Source of the DNA: an uncultured virus (IMG/VR IMGVR_UViG_3300025137_000019) | Lineage: Duplodnaviria > Heunggongvirae > Uroviricota > Caudoviricetes | DNA: 64,000 nt | Strand: one strand, 5' to 3' | IMG/VR virus record: IMGVR_UViG_3300025137_000019 | Shown: positions 49,251-60,290 of the stretch, piece after piece | How positions within the stretch are numbered: position 1 is the first letter of the stretch | Layout of the letters: every line of letters starts with the position of its first letter | Notes under the pieces: generated by a model | What the model was told of the DNA's origin: nothing | The model's input: only the letters and a program-made list of their open reading frames with translations | Databases searched by the model: none | Made by a program: the position numbers and the translations under genes

Positions 49251-50284
49251 TGGATTTTAATTACACACTTAAATATAGAACTTTTGATCAACTCTTAGAA
49301 GATGTATCTATTGATTTAAATACGTTTGCTTTAGAGAATATGATAGAGCCTCAACAACTTATAAAGTTGGCCAGAAGGTTAAACTATGAATTAGGATTAA
49401 GGATAAATCAAACTAAAGAAGCTGTATTAGAAGTTAATCATGGTAAAGTAAAATTACCAGATGATTTTTATGTCTGGAATTATGCCATGGTTTGTGGTAA
49501 TTATCAACAGGCTGTTGGTTATGATGGTTATGCTAGTGGTACTAATATGCAAGAGATGCCTATTACAGGTAGTGAAGTTCCTGTAAGCTATAGTGATTTT
49601 CCTGCACAGGTGCCAGATCCATGTGACCTAAATGAGCCAACGCCTTGTTGTGATGATAAAGGAAACTTAGGTCAGTGTCTTACTAATAATCCTAATCAAC
49701 CATATGGAGATGCAAATATAAAACCTAGAGTGTTTTTAAATTGTAAGGATGAAGCTTATGAATTAGTACAAGTTATAAATTCAAGTAATATTAGAAGTTA
49801 CACACAGCTTACTCCATTGCGTATGAAGAAGAGTCAGTCAATAGATTGTGATTGTCCTAACCTATATAATAATTCACCAAATGAAGGTTGGTTAAAAAAT
49901 GGATTTTTATTTACAACATTTAAAACAGGAAATGTTTATTTAAACTACCAAGGAGAAATGGTGGATGATGATGGTAACCTAATGGTTCCAGATCATGAGC
50001 TTTTAAATGAATACTATGAGTATGCATTAAAGAAAAGAATTTTAGAGAATCTAGCAATGAATGGGGAGAATGTAGGTCAAAGATTACAATTAATAATGGG
50101 TGAACTTAGAGCAGCAAGAAACCAAGCATTGAGTCTTGTAAATACTCCAAACTTTGCTGAGATAAAACAAATTTGGGTTACCAATAGAAAGGCACAGTAT
50201 GCAAGGTATTATGATATGTTTTCTTCACATTTACCAGCTAATTCATTTCCTTATAACCCACGTAGCGGAAGAGTAGTTTCTTAA
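49250..50284 (+). CDS. tail tubular protein (P22 gp4-like)
   Basis: LP.DF..F.TG.V.LNY..DDDG..MVPD..EY. Confidence 0.65.
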   Translation: MDFNYTLKYRTFDQLLEDVSIDLNTFALENMIEPQQLIKLARRLNYELGLRINQTKEAVLEVNHGKVKLPDDFYVWNYAMVCGNYQQAVGYDGYASGTNMQEMPITGSEVPVSYSDFPAQVPDPCDLNEPTPCCDDKGNLGQCLTNNPNQPYGDANIKPRVFLNCKDEAYELVQVINSSNIRSYTQLTPLRMKKSQSIDCDCPNLYNNSPNEGWLKNGFLFTTFKTGNVYLNYQGEMVDDDGNLMVPDHELLNEYYEYALKKRILENLAMNGENVGQRLQLIMGELRAARNQALSLVNTPNFAEIKQIWVTNRKAQYARYYDMFSSHLPANSFPYNPRSGRVVS

Positions 50285-50296
50285 TAAGAAAATGAT

Positions 50297-53200
50297 ATGG
50301 CAAGAAAAGGACAAAAAAAAGGATTAAAAAATGTTTCTAAAGACGTTACAAATACTTTTGTCAAAGGGTTAAATAAAGATGCTGAACCTTCTTATGTTAC
50401 AAGTGGTATGTGGACGCATGCAATTAATGCTACAAACAGCACTGTTGAAGGTGATTTAGGAACTATATCTAATGAGTCTTCAAATTATTTATGTGGTGTG
50501 TCTGGAGTATCTATGCCAATTACAGCAACAGATAAAGTTATTATAGGAACAATTTATTTATATTCTGATAAATGGGTTATATATACAGCAGGGCATGATT
50601 CTTCAGGAAATCCTGTTACATCTGAGATAGGCTTATTTGAAACTGATACTTGTACATATAGAGAAATTGTACAGGATACATGTCTAAAATTTGATAAGAG
50701 ATATTTAATATCAGGTGCATCTAGAGAGATGGAAGATTGTACTTGGCAAGTATATTGGTCTGATGGTCTTAATCCAGATAGAGTTTTAAATATAGGTGAT
50801 AATGCTAAGTGGCCTGACTCTAGCTATCAATGGTTGGGTAATGGCCCTGCTACAATGAATTATTATAGTAACGGTATTGTAGATAATTTATTATGGCCAG
50901 GAGTAAAATGGCAGCAAGATATTGATAGCGGCTCAACAACTGCAGAACCATGTGAAACATATGAAGATTTAAATAAACTAGATTGTCCAAAAATTAGACT
51001 TGCAAGATTATTAGAAACACCTTGTTTAAATTTAGAGCTGGGTCAGCAAGGAGGTAGTTTATCAAACGGTACTTATTTTGCAATAATTGCATATACAATA
51101 AAAGGTCAAAGAGTTACTGATTATTTTTCTCAAAGTAATAATCAAATAATTTATACTCCTCAAGATGAACAGGGATCTTTAACATTACAAATTGAAGCTG
51201 ATAAAGAAAATTTTGATGAGTTTGTTTTAGTATTAGTTCAAAATGTAAATCAAGGCACAGTTGCAAAACAAATAGGGTTTTATTCAACTAGTGTAGAAAG
51301 AATATCAATTGATATTATTAATATAAGTTTAGCAACTATTCCTTTAGAAACTCTTCCAGTTCAAACTCCCATTTTTGAAACATCTGATCAAATTACCAGT
51401 GCTAATAATTATCTATTAAGAATTGCACCTAAAAGTAAATTTAATTTTAACTATCAACCTTTAGCAAATCAAATTAAAGCTCAGTGGGCTTCTGTAGAAT
51501 ATCCTGGAGATTATTACATGAAAGGTAATGATAAAACAAATTATCTAAGAGATGAGGTTTATACTTTTTATATAAGATGGGTATATGATACAGGAGATAA
51601 GTCATCTTCTTATCACATACCTGGTAGAGCACCAAGAGAAGTAACCTATAAAGATTTTAATGGAGCCACACAAACTACATTTGAAACTGATCTTTTTCAG
51701 GTTGAAAACGCCTTGGCTACAGATGATAAAGTTTTTGAAGTAATTAATACAGCAAGTCTTGTTAATGGTCCTTTGACAGGTACAACAACAGATGATGGAG
51801 GTACAGTTATTGCAACGGGTGATATGGGATATTGGCAATCTACAGAAGAATACCCTGATGATAGACCTGACATTTGGAATCCTAGTCAATATTGCTGGAC
51901 TGGTCAATCTGCACAAATACCAGCAGGATCAGACCCTGCAGTTACTAAAGGTATTTTTGATCTATGTGGTGAAAAGATTAGACATCATAAGATGCCTGAG
52001 AACTTTTTAAATAATAATCCTACAGATTCATTAGTTCATTTTAAACCTCAAGCAAACTCTGCTAACCAAGGTGCTGATTTTGCAATAAGGCTATTAGGTG
52101 TATTTTTTGAAAATATTATTTTACCCAAAGATCAAGATGGTAATGATATAGAAGGAATTGTAGGATATGAAATATTAAGGGGTTCAAGAGAAGGAAATAA
52201 AAGTATTATTGCTAAAGGTATGGTCAATAACTTTAGAACTTTTAAACAAAGTGGTTCTGCTAATCAAGCAATAACTGGTTTATATGCTAACTATCCTTTT
52301 AATTGTATTAGACCTTTAGGTTCTTCAAATAATTCAAGTGATCATGATTTTGGATTTAATGATCCATATATAAAAAATGAAGACATTTCAGGTAATGTTG
52401 CAAATCAAAATATACCAACAGATATATTTTCATTTCATTCTCCAGATACAACTATGAGAAATCCCTACTTAAGTTCTTCAGAATTTAAGTTATATGGTCA
52501 TTTGTCTGGATTTAGTGATCAACAATTTATTGAACCAAACGGTCATCCAAAAGTAAAATTACTTGCTGGAGCTGCTCTTATACCAATGTTTTTAGGAGGT
52601 ATAACATCAGCTATCATATCATTTCTTGGTAAGAAAACTCAAACGGGTCTTAATTATACTACAGGTTCTTTACCACCAGATCTTATTGGGGTTTCTTCTG
52701 CTGCATATTTAAGTGCAGCAGGTGCTATGCAGTTACCTATAAATGCATATAATCTTTTTATGGCTCAATATTATTCTTCAGGGAACGCATTAGTAGATGC
52801 TGCAATATCAATTGGTGCAGGATATGGTCCTACATTTGCTAGTGTTGCTGATCAAACATTTATGACCGCTGCAAATCTTTCAAGTCTTGGAGGTTATAGT
52901 TCTCCTGTTACATTACAACAAAGTATAGAATTTGGTGACTGGGCATACTTAGATCCTATTAGTAGAATTCTTGGTGCTGCTAATCAATCGCTATTTTATT
53001 TTGCAGAAGGTGCTGATACTGCTTTAGCACTATTATATGCAATGTCTCCATTTAGGCAATTTGCTTTACAACAAGTTTCTTATGGTTTTTACTCAAATAT
53101 GGTTAAGCCTAATTATAATGATTTATATAGATTTACTCTTGAAGATGGTTTTTATATAAAAGATAATGTTCAAGAGGTTCCAACTTATCAAGATAATACT

Positions 53201-55741
53201 GGTTCTCAAATCTCATATAGGATTAATAATTTAAAAAGACCTGATACAGTTGTATTAAGAACTAAGTCTGGACCTACTTTCAATGCCGTGTATCCCAATG
53301 GTGTAACAGCTGGTCCAAAACTATTAGATGCTGCAGACTCTTCTTTAACCACATTAGGAAAAGTTGTTCAAAATAGCAATAGTCCTTATTTACAACCAGG
53401 TAAATTACCAACATTTGAATCTACAGCTAGTCCATTTAGTTTACCAATTGCTAGTCATTATGGTGGAATTAAATCTAGATTAAGAAATCAATATGGTCAG
53501 CTTGGATCAGTTTATCAAATAGTAGTTACTCCTTGTGAGCAAAAATTATCTGACTATGATATATTACCTTTATCATATCAGTGTCCAGTTGATAATTCAA
53601 ATATAAATTATAAACTTTTACAAAGAACTAATCTTATTTTTGGTGGTGATACATACATTAATAGGTATACTGAAAAGAATAGTATGTTGTTTTTCTTTGA
53701 CTGGTTATTTAAACAGCCTGATGGTTTTGAGTATAATTATTTCTTAAGAAATATGATACCTAATGCTAGGTTTGCTATGAATAGTGTCAGATATGATTCT
53801 GGAGATCTTTCATCATTATTTAATATAGATAGTATTGGGGATCCTGGTACTGGGGCTAGTCCTGCTGCATTTTATAATTTAGACTATAAAGTAGGAAATA
53901 GTAATAGACTGTATGATTATAGTGATGATACTAAACAAGGTTTTCCAGATAAAGAAAAAGGTGTATTTTCAGTTAAACAAGCATTCTTCTATTTATCAAA
54001 CTCAGGAATAAAAGATTACTTTGTTGAGAGTGACGTTGTAGTAGACTTTAGACAACAAGCTTTAGAAGTAAAGAATAAACATTATGATCCATATAGGTAT
54101 ACAGATTATAAAGCAATGTTTGATCAAGATCCAAATATTATTGGTGAACAAAGTGGTGCTTTATATGACTATTCTTTGAGCTCTTCTAAATTATATAATC
54201 AATATTTTTCTCAAGGTTCATTACAAAGTAAATATTATAATCCAAATGCTGCCGAGTTATGTTATACATATTACCCAGATAGGTTAATCTATTCCTTACC
54301 TACACAAGATGAGTCTGTAAAAGATAGCTGGTATATATATTTAATAAATAATTATAAAGCATTTAAGAGTGAAATTAATTCTGTCAAGTCAATAAATGAC
54401 AGTGGTATATTTATTACATTCAAAAATGAAAGTCCTATGATGTATCAGGGTGTTGATACATTACAGACTGATGCTGGTACAAAAATCACAATTGGTGATG
54501 GTGGCTTATTTAGTCAACCAACACAAAATGTTTCTGCATCAGATAGGTCATTTGAATATGGGTCTTGTCAAAGTAGACTGTCTATAATAAACACTCCTGT
54601 TGGACTTTACTATATGTCACAAGATCAAGGTAAGATCTTTGCATATGGTGGCGGCCTTACTGAAATTACAAATTCAGGTATGAAATGGTGGTTTATATTA
54701 TTCATGCCTTATAAGTTAACAGAAGATTTTCCAGATTATCCTTATCAAGATAATCCAGTATGTGGTATCGGTTGTCAATCTATCTATGATAACTCAAGTA
54801 ACTTACTTTACTTTTGTAAGAAGGATTACTATTTAAGAGATAAGTATAAGGGTAGAGTTACATATATCCCATTAGGAGAAAAAAATGGTGACTCATTTAT
54901 GCTTGATGAAAATGTAAATTCTGTATTTAAATTAGGTGACCCACTTTTATTTGAAGATGCTTCTTGGACTGTAAGTTATGATCCAAAAAGTAAGTTCTTT
55001 ATTAGCTTTCATGACTGGCATCCTGATTTAAATTTACCTACTAAAGACTATTTTCAGTCAACTAAAAAGAATGGCCTTTGGAGACATAATTATTTATGTA
55101 ATAGTTATTGTAATTATTATGGAGAACAACATGGCTTTGAAGTAGAAATACCTTCTATTACTGGTCAGAATGTAGTTACCTTAAGATCTCTCACATATAT
55201 CTTAGAGTGCTATAGAAGAAATGGTAATAATTGTGTAGATCAACATCATGTTTTAGATTATAACTTTGATCAAGCTGTTATATATAATTCTGAACAAGTT
55301 TCAGGATACCTTAACCTTAACATATATCCAAAGAATAATATTACAGAGTCTTTAAAATATCCAAAGGTATCTGGTACACTTAACTCATATGATATTTTAG
55401 TATCTAAAGAAGAACAAAAATATAGGTTTAATCAATTTTGGGATATAACCAGAGATAGAGCTGAATTTCCTATAGGTTCAGATTACCCTCCAACTGGACA
55501 AACAATTCCTGGTACAACTATTCTACAAGGTAATTATGAATCTAGAAATACATGGGTAACACCACAAAATGGTTATAAGAGAGTTCTAAATGCAGCTAAC
55601 TTAGATTATTCTAAACCTCAGTTACAACAAAAGAAATTTAGACATTATACAAATTTTGTAACTTTAACAAGAAATGAATGCAATGATATAAATATGATTT
55701 TAAAAATCATTAATACTAAGAATCAATTATCACAAAGGTAA
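50297..55741 (+). CDS. tail stabilization/muzzle protein (P22 gp10-like)
   Basis: 1814 aa; F.KGLNKD, YWSDG.NP.R, YLRDEVY, FGGDTYI, SWTVSY..SFHDW motifs of crAss Tstab. Confidence 0.75.
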   Translation: MARKGQKKGLKNVSKDVTNTFVKGLNKDAEPSYVTSGMWTHAINATNSTVEGDLGTISNESSNYLCGVSGVSMPITATDKVIIGTIYLYSDKWVIYTAGHDSSGNPVTSEIGLFETDTCTYREIVQDTCLKFDKRYLISGASREMEDCTWQVYWSDGLNPDRVLNIGDNAKWPDSSYQWLGNGPATMNYYSNGIVDNLLWPGVKWQQDIDSGSTTAEPCETYEDLNKLDCPKIRLARLLETPCLNLELGQQGGSLSNGTYFAIIAYTIKGQRVTDYFSQSNNQIIYTPQDEQGSLTLQIEADKENFDEFVLVLVQNVNQGTVAKQIGFYSTSVERISIDIINISLATIPLETLPVQTPIFETSDQITSANNYLLRIAPKSKFNFNYQPLANQIKAQWASVEYPGDYYMKGNDKTNYLRDEVYTFYIRWVYDTGDKSSSYHIPGRAPREVTYKDFNGATQTTFETDLFQVENALATDDKVFEVINTASLVNGPLTGTTTDDGGTVIATGDMGYWQSTEEYPDDRPDIWNPSQYCWTGQSAQIPAGSDPAVTKGIFDLCGEKIRHHKMPENFLNNNPTDSLVHFKPQANSANQGADFAIRLLGVFFENIILPKDQDGNDIEGIVGYEILRGSREGNKSIIAKGMVNNFRTFKQSGSANQAITGLYANYPFNCIRPLGSSNNSSDHDFGFNDPYIKNEDISGNVANQNIPTDIFSFHSPDTTMRNPYLSSSEFKLYGHLSGFSDQQFIEPNGHPKVKLLAGAALIPMFLGGITSAIISFLGKKTQTGLNYTTGSLPPDLIGVSSAAYLSAAGAMQLPINAYNLFMAQYYSSGNALVDAAISIGAGYGPTFASVADQTFMTAANLSSLGGYSSPVTLQQSIEFGDWAYLDPISRILGAANQSLFYFAEGADTALALLYAMSPFRQFALQQVSYGFYSNMVKPNYNDLYRFTLEDGFYIKDNVQEVPTYQDNTGSQISYRINNLKRPDTVVLRTKSGPTFNAVYPNGVTAGPKLLDAADSSLTTLGKVVQNSNSPYLQPGKLPTFESTASPFSLPIASHYGGIKSRLRNQYGQLGSVYQIVVTPCEQKLSDYDILPLSYQCPVDNSNINYKLLQRTNLIFGGDTYINRYTEKNSMLFFFDWLFKQPDGFEYNYFLRNMIPNARFAMNSVRYDSGDLSSLFNIDSIGDPGTGASPAAFYNLDYKVGNSNRLYDYSDDTKQGFPDKEKGVFSVKQAFFYLSNSGIKDYFVESDVVVDFRQQALEVKNKHYDPYRYTDYKAMFDQDPNIIGEQSGALYDYSLSSSKLYNQYFSQGSLQSKYYNPNAAELCYTYYPDRLIYSLPTQDESVKDSWYIYLINNYKAFKSEINSVKSINDSGIFITFKNESPMMYQGVDTLQTDAGTKITIGDGGLFSQPTQNVSASDRSFEYGSCQSRLSIINTPVGLYYMSQDQGKIFAYGGGLTEITNSGMKWWFILFMPYKLTEDFPDYPYQDNPVCGIGCQSIYDNSSNLLYFCKKDYYLRDKYKGRVTYIPLGEKNGDSFMLDENVNSVFKLGDPLLFEDASWTVSYDPKSKFFISFHDWHPDLNLPTKDYFQSTKKNGLWRHNYLCNSYCNYYGEQHGFEVEIPSITGQNVVTLRSLTYILECYRRNGNNCVDQHHVLDYNFDQAVIYNSEQVSGYLNLNIYPKNNITESLKYPKVSGTLNSYDILVSKEEQKYRFNQFWDITRDRAEFPIGSDYPPTGQTIPGTTILQGNYESRNTWVTPQNGYKRVLNAANLDYSKPQLQQKKFRHYTNFVTLTRNECNDINMILKIINTKNQLSQR

Positions 55742-58700
55742 TGAGCTATAAAATAAAAAATTCTAAAATTGAAGGTAAGGGAGCTTTTGCTAATAAAGCT
55801 TATAAAAAGGGTGATCAAATTTCTGATGAGTCAGATTATGCTAATGAGGCAAATCAATCATTACTCTCATTCTTTCATAATCATGATGAAAAGAATGCAA
55901 ACATGAACTATGTAATTGGTGATGGTGTGGTTAATATGATTGCAAGTAAAGATATTAAAGTTGGTGATGAGCTAGTGTCAAATTACTATGACATGCAGTA
56001 TCCAGGAAGTCCATATGAAGATCCTAGTGAATTTGAAAAGAAGAAGAAAACTTTAGGTAAAAGAAAAAGAAAGCTTAAAGAAGGTGGTCCACATGATCCT
56101 CCTGAGAAGTCTAAAAGTTTAGATGAAGTTACTGTAACAGGTTCTAGAAAAGATCCTCCTAATAAGTATTATGATAAGAATGGTAATTTAATTAAGGATA
56201 TACCAAGCTATGGTACAATATATACTTCAGATCCAAATGATCCAAAAATTCAAGAGTTTAAAGATAGATTAGATCTTTATAATTTATCTAAAAAAAATTA
56301 TTTAGATACGCGAAGAGGTGAACTTGACAGTCATATAAAAGGGATGAGAGATACTATAGATTATTGGTATAGTATAAATGAACCTCAAGAAGCTAAAGAA
56401 CCAGAAGAGATACTAGAAAAATTAATTCAAGACAGAAAGAATATTAGTAGTAAAGATTATTTGAGTCATTATAGAAATCAAAAAGGAGGATATGATGTAA
56501 GTGAAACTGATTTATTTGATGATATTCTTTCAGGAAATTTTGATGAATATAAAGACTATGGTAAGATGCTTCCTGATGACATGGGTAATTATACTCAAAA
56601 AGAATTAGATAAAATTGCGGGTTTGTACTATTCTGTTGGATTAGATCAAAAGCAGGCAGATATTTTAAAACAAGGTTTAAAATTAGGTTATAAGCCATAT
56701 GTTGATCATATATATGATGGCGGAGTGACAATAGACTATCCTTACCCATCTCTTACAGTAAGATATGCTAATCCTGAAAAATATGATTGGGCAAAACCAG
56801 TTGAAGAAAAACCTGAAATACAAATAGATAGGTTACCTATTATAGAACCTTCATTTATATCTAATCCAGTTACAGGAGAGATAATAACTCCTGAAGAAGA
56901 TTTTAATAATGACTATAAAGCTAAACGTGTAGTAGATAAAGAAACACACTATAAAGTAAATAAGAAGGGTAAGTTTAGAAGAGGTCCGTTTGGTAAAAAA
57001 ACTACACGGTCAGTGAGATATGAAATGCCTGAAGAAGAACAAATATATCCAGAAGGTTTTGTTGCAAGATTTAAACACGGTGGTCCTACTGAGGATGAGT
57101 TATCATATTTTGTAGATGATGCAGGTAAACCTTTTAAATATAAAGGTAAGACCTGGAGTGATATAGCAAAGTTATCTGATGAAGAACAAGGTGATTATAT
57201 ACAAGCTTTTAGTAATTACGAAAAATTAAAAGGTAAAAGAGACTATGAATCAAATAGAAAAAGTAAACTTGATCCATTTTATAAATTAGATCCATATGGA
57301 TATGGTAAAACAACATATGGTACTAAAGATGATTGGGAGGCTAAGTATGACTTTAATAAAATGTCTAACAATATTAAAACACTTTACAAAGAACAATTTC
57401 CTGATGAAAAATTACCTAAAGTAGAAACACTATCTGACTTTAACAAGGCTTCAAAAAAACTAGGAATGAATGTTTATTTTGTAGATGAAGGTGATGGTGC
57501 ATTTAGTATCACTGAAAGTCAAGATATTGCAAGTAGAATTTATAATAATGGACTAACTGCAACTCAACTTTCTAAAATGGGATTGGGAAGTAAACAAGAA
57601 ATTCAAGATTATTTTGCACCTACATTTACACAAGCACAACAAGTTTATGACAAACGTAATTTAGAAAATATAACAAAAGATATTCTAGCTGGTGTTTCAG
57701 TAAAAGATGCTATTCAAAAAATTGCAGATAAAAATCAAGGAACAGTAGAAGGCCTTACTAAATTATATGAAACCTCAAGTGTAGATGCACAAAATAAGCT
57801 AATTAAAAGATTAGAAAAATATTATAGTGGGTCTAATAAAGAAGGTTTTTTTGGTTCTGATTATGATGAAAAGAGCAAAAATTTCAAAGATGAAAACCTT
57901 GGTAAAATGGAAGGTATTTTTGAAGAAATGAGAACTGGTAAGTTTAATCCTAATGCTACAATGGAGGATGCTATGAATTATTATTCAGCAAGTACTGCAT
58001 TAGATGAAGCTAAAGATCCTTTAAAAAAATTTACTGAAGAAGTAAAAAATAAAGATTTGTCTAACGAAGAAAAGATAAAACTTTATAATAATCTATTTAA
58101 AGAATTTGATAAAGATCAACAAAAAAAAGCACAAGAAGCATTTTTTATGAAGCAGAGGGGTAGCTTTAAAAGTGATGAGGAAATGACTCAGCATTTAGAA
58201 GCCCAAGATGATATTACTAATCCTTATAGAAAGGCATCTACATTTACAAAACTTTTACATCCTATTGATGCACTTGGTCATTTATCTAAATATGGTAATA
58301 CAGATCGTATGATGGAAACAAATCCATCAGCTGGGATTTGGAAAGATAATCTTGTAATGCAAGCTTTAGATGGTGCATCATATCTTGCTCCTGGTTTAGG
58401 TCAAGTAAGAGCTGCTCAACTTCTTGGTGATGCTGGTAAAGGTTTTTTTGATTACGGATCTCAGTGGGTTAAAGATGGAGAAGCTCCAGATATGTCATAT
58501 TTAGCTGCACCTGTATTACAAGGTACGTTTGGAGCTCTTGGTGCACGTACGGGTTTAAATTCTCTTAAACCTTATAAAAATATATTTAAACCAAATTCAC
58601 AAACATTTCTTGCTAGACCTAGTATGACAGGTACTAAAGCAATTAACTTACCAGGGAATAGACAAATATCATATGGTAATCCTTTTAAAATTGAAGGGAA

Positions 58701-60288
58701 TACTTTAACTAAATTAAATAATGAACAATTATTAAAAGGTCAACAGTTTATAGATGATGCTTTTGCTGCAGAAAAAAATGCCTTTAATATAATGGACTTT
58801 AACAAAAAGCGTAATGTTATAGGTTCACTTGCAACATCTCCATTAAGTTTTACAGGAACTTGGGATGCAATGTTAGGAACAGGTTCACAACCAAAATATA
58901 GAGCAGCAGCAACATCATTTGAAAAAACAGGAGGTGTAATAAAACTACCTAAGAATAAAAAATTACCTAAGCATAATATGCGTGGCATAGTAAAAAATCT
59001 TGCTAAGTATTACCCTGATATGGAAGTAGCTGGTTCAAGTTTACTCACCCCAGACTATGTAAAACGTATACAAGATATAGCTAAGCTAAAGTCATTCTTA
59101 ACTTATGCTAGTAATATAGATAAAAGTCTTGGTAAGAATAGAGAAATATTAAATTATAATATTGGTAAGCAGATTGTTGACGGAAATATAAATCTTGAAG
59201 ATGTAGCTGATTCTTCTTCATCTTTATTTGATTATGATATAGATCCGCGTCATAAGGCAAGAGATGTTATTAATCAGGAAGGAGTTGAAAGTCTATTACA
59301 AAAAATACTTAGATCAACTGAACAAAAAGATTTTTCTCAAAGTAAACCTTTTGGTGACATAGAGAGAAGTGCCTATTCACGTCAGCTTTCAAACCAAAGA
59401 TATGATCATGAAAAAACAATGTTAGATTTGTACCGTGATCCAAATTATAATCCTGCCGCATTACCTATGGAATCATTAGGAAATGGTTATGATTTTACAC
59501 CAGATAGAGATTTTAATCAACAGTATTTTGACTTAATTAATTTTGATTATGATATAGCTAATCCTTTTGGTGATAATTCTAAAGGTCTTGGTACTATAAG
59601 AGATGCGCTGCCTGTATTTTATGCAAAAAACTTTGAAAATGCAAGACAAACAGCAACATATGGAATGGAGAGCATAAATAAAGCATTACACAGTGCTAGA
59701 CCTAGAACATTTTTAACAGATGCTGGATCTAAAACACCAGATTCATATTTAATGGGTGCAAATCAATTAATAAAAAGTATGAATACTTATCCTGAAATTT
59801 TAGGTAATACTCAATTTATAGGATATAGTAGTTTAAATAAAGAGGCTTTTAGTGACGCATTTTTTAAAGGTAAAGAAAAAGCAATAAATAGAGGTGAACT
59901 CAGAGGTCCTTATACAGGAGCTCCTAGAGCTGTTGCTGATAGTAATTTAGAATTTTTTAATAGACTAAGAGGTGACTATACCTCAAATGCATTAGATAAA
60001 ATTTATGCCAAATATAATTTTGAAGGGTTACCTGCTATAAGGTTACCATTATCTACTAAGATGACCAGTGATATAGCAGGTAGAAATAGAGGTTTAGGTA
60101 CTGATTATAGTTATAAACCAGGTACAACATACTTTCCAAGTTATGCTGTTCAAAAACTCAGACCAATGAGTTTAGAAGAAGCATTAAAAATTAAATTTGA
60201 AGATGGTGGTTATTCTTTAGGAGATGAGGTAGATGAAGCTACTATGAAAGAATTAAAGAAATTAGGTTATACACTTGAAGAAGCTTAA
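55741..60288 (+). CDS. giant modular cargo/ejection protein with N-terminal SET domain
   Basis: S.IEGKGAFA..NH..N..A.KDI..GDEL..NY in aa 1-85; xxGG linkers. Confidence 0.7.
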   Translation: MSYKIKNSKIEGKGAFANKAYKKGDQISDESDYANEANQSLLSFFHNHDEKNANMNYVIGDGVVNMIASKDIKVGDELVSNYYDMQYPGSPYEDPSEFEKKKKTLGKRKRKLKEGGPHDPPEKSKSLDEVTVTGSRKDPPNKYYDKNGNLIKDIPSYGTIYTSDPNDPKIQEFKDRLDLYNLSKKNYLDTRRGELDSHIKGMRDTIDYWYSINEPQEAKEPEEILEKLIQDRKNISSKDYLSHYRNQKGGYDVSETDLFDDILSGNFDEYKDYGKMLPDDMGNYTQKELDKIAGLYYSVGLDQKQADILKQGLKLGYKPYVDHIYDGGVTIDYPYPSLTVRYANPEKYDWAKPVEEKPEIQIDRLPIIEPSFISNPVTGEIITPEEDFNNDYKAKRVVDKETHYKVNKKGKFRRGPFGKKTTRSVRYEMPEEEQIYPEGFVARFKHGGPTEDELSYFVDDAGKPFKYKGKTWSDIAKLSDEEQGDYIQAFSNYEKLKGKRDYESNRKSKLDPFYKLDPYGYGKTTYGTKDDWEAKYDFNKMSNNIKTLYKEQFPDEKLPKVETLSDFNKASKKLGMNVYFVDEGDGAFSITESQDIASRIYNNGLTATQLSKMGLGSKQEIQDYFAPTFTQAQQVYDKRNLENITKDILAGVSVKDAIQKIADKNQGTVEGLTKLYETSSVDAQNKLIKRLEKYYSGSNKEGFFGSDYDEKSKNFKDENLGKMEGIFEEMRTGKFNPNATMEDAMNYYSASTALDEAKDPLKKFTEEVKNKDLSNEEKIKLYNNLFKEFDKDQQKKAQEAFFMKQRGSFKSDEEMTQHLEAQDDITNPYRKASTFTKLLHPIDALGHLSKYGNTDRMMETNPSAGIWKDNLVMQALDGASYLAPGLGQVRAAQLLGDAGKGFFDYGSQWVKDGEAPDMSYLAAPVLQGTFGALGARTGLNSLKPYKNIFKPNSQTFLARPSMTGTKAINLPGNRQISYGNPFKIEGNTLTKLNNEQLLKGQQFIDDAFAAEKNAFNIMDFNKKRNVIGSLATSPLSFTGTWDAMLGTGSQPKYRAAATSFEKTGGVIKLPKNKKLPKHNMRGIVKNLAKYYPDMEVAGSSLLTPDYVKRIQDIAKLKSFLTYASNIDKSLGKNREILNYNIGKQIVDGNINLEDVADSSSSLFDYDIDPRHKARDVINQEGVESLLQKILRSTEQKDFSQSKPFGDIERSAYSRQLSNQRYDHEKTMLDLYRDPNYNPAALPMESLGNGYDFTPDRDFNQQYFDLINFDYDIANPFGDNSKGLGTIRDALPVFYAKNFENARQTATYGMESINKALHSARPRTFLTDAGSKTPDSYLMGANQLIKSMNTYPEILGNTQFIGYSSLNKEAFSDAFFKGKEKAINRGELRGPYTGAPRAVADSNLEFFNRLRGDYTSNALDKIYAKYNFEGLPAIRLPLSTKMTSDIAGRNRGLGTDYSYKPGTTYFPSYAVQKLRPMSLEEALKIKFEDGGYSLGDEVDEATMKELKKLGYTLEEA

Positions 60289-60290
60289 TT

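Noticed and set aside
59230..59244. DYDID resembling the DFDID catalytic motif of crAss virion RNA polymerase
   Set aside because: No surrounding double-psi-barrel context recognised, and the module is too small; the RNAP probably lies beyond the window
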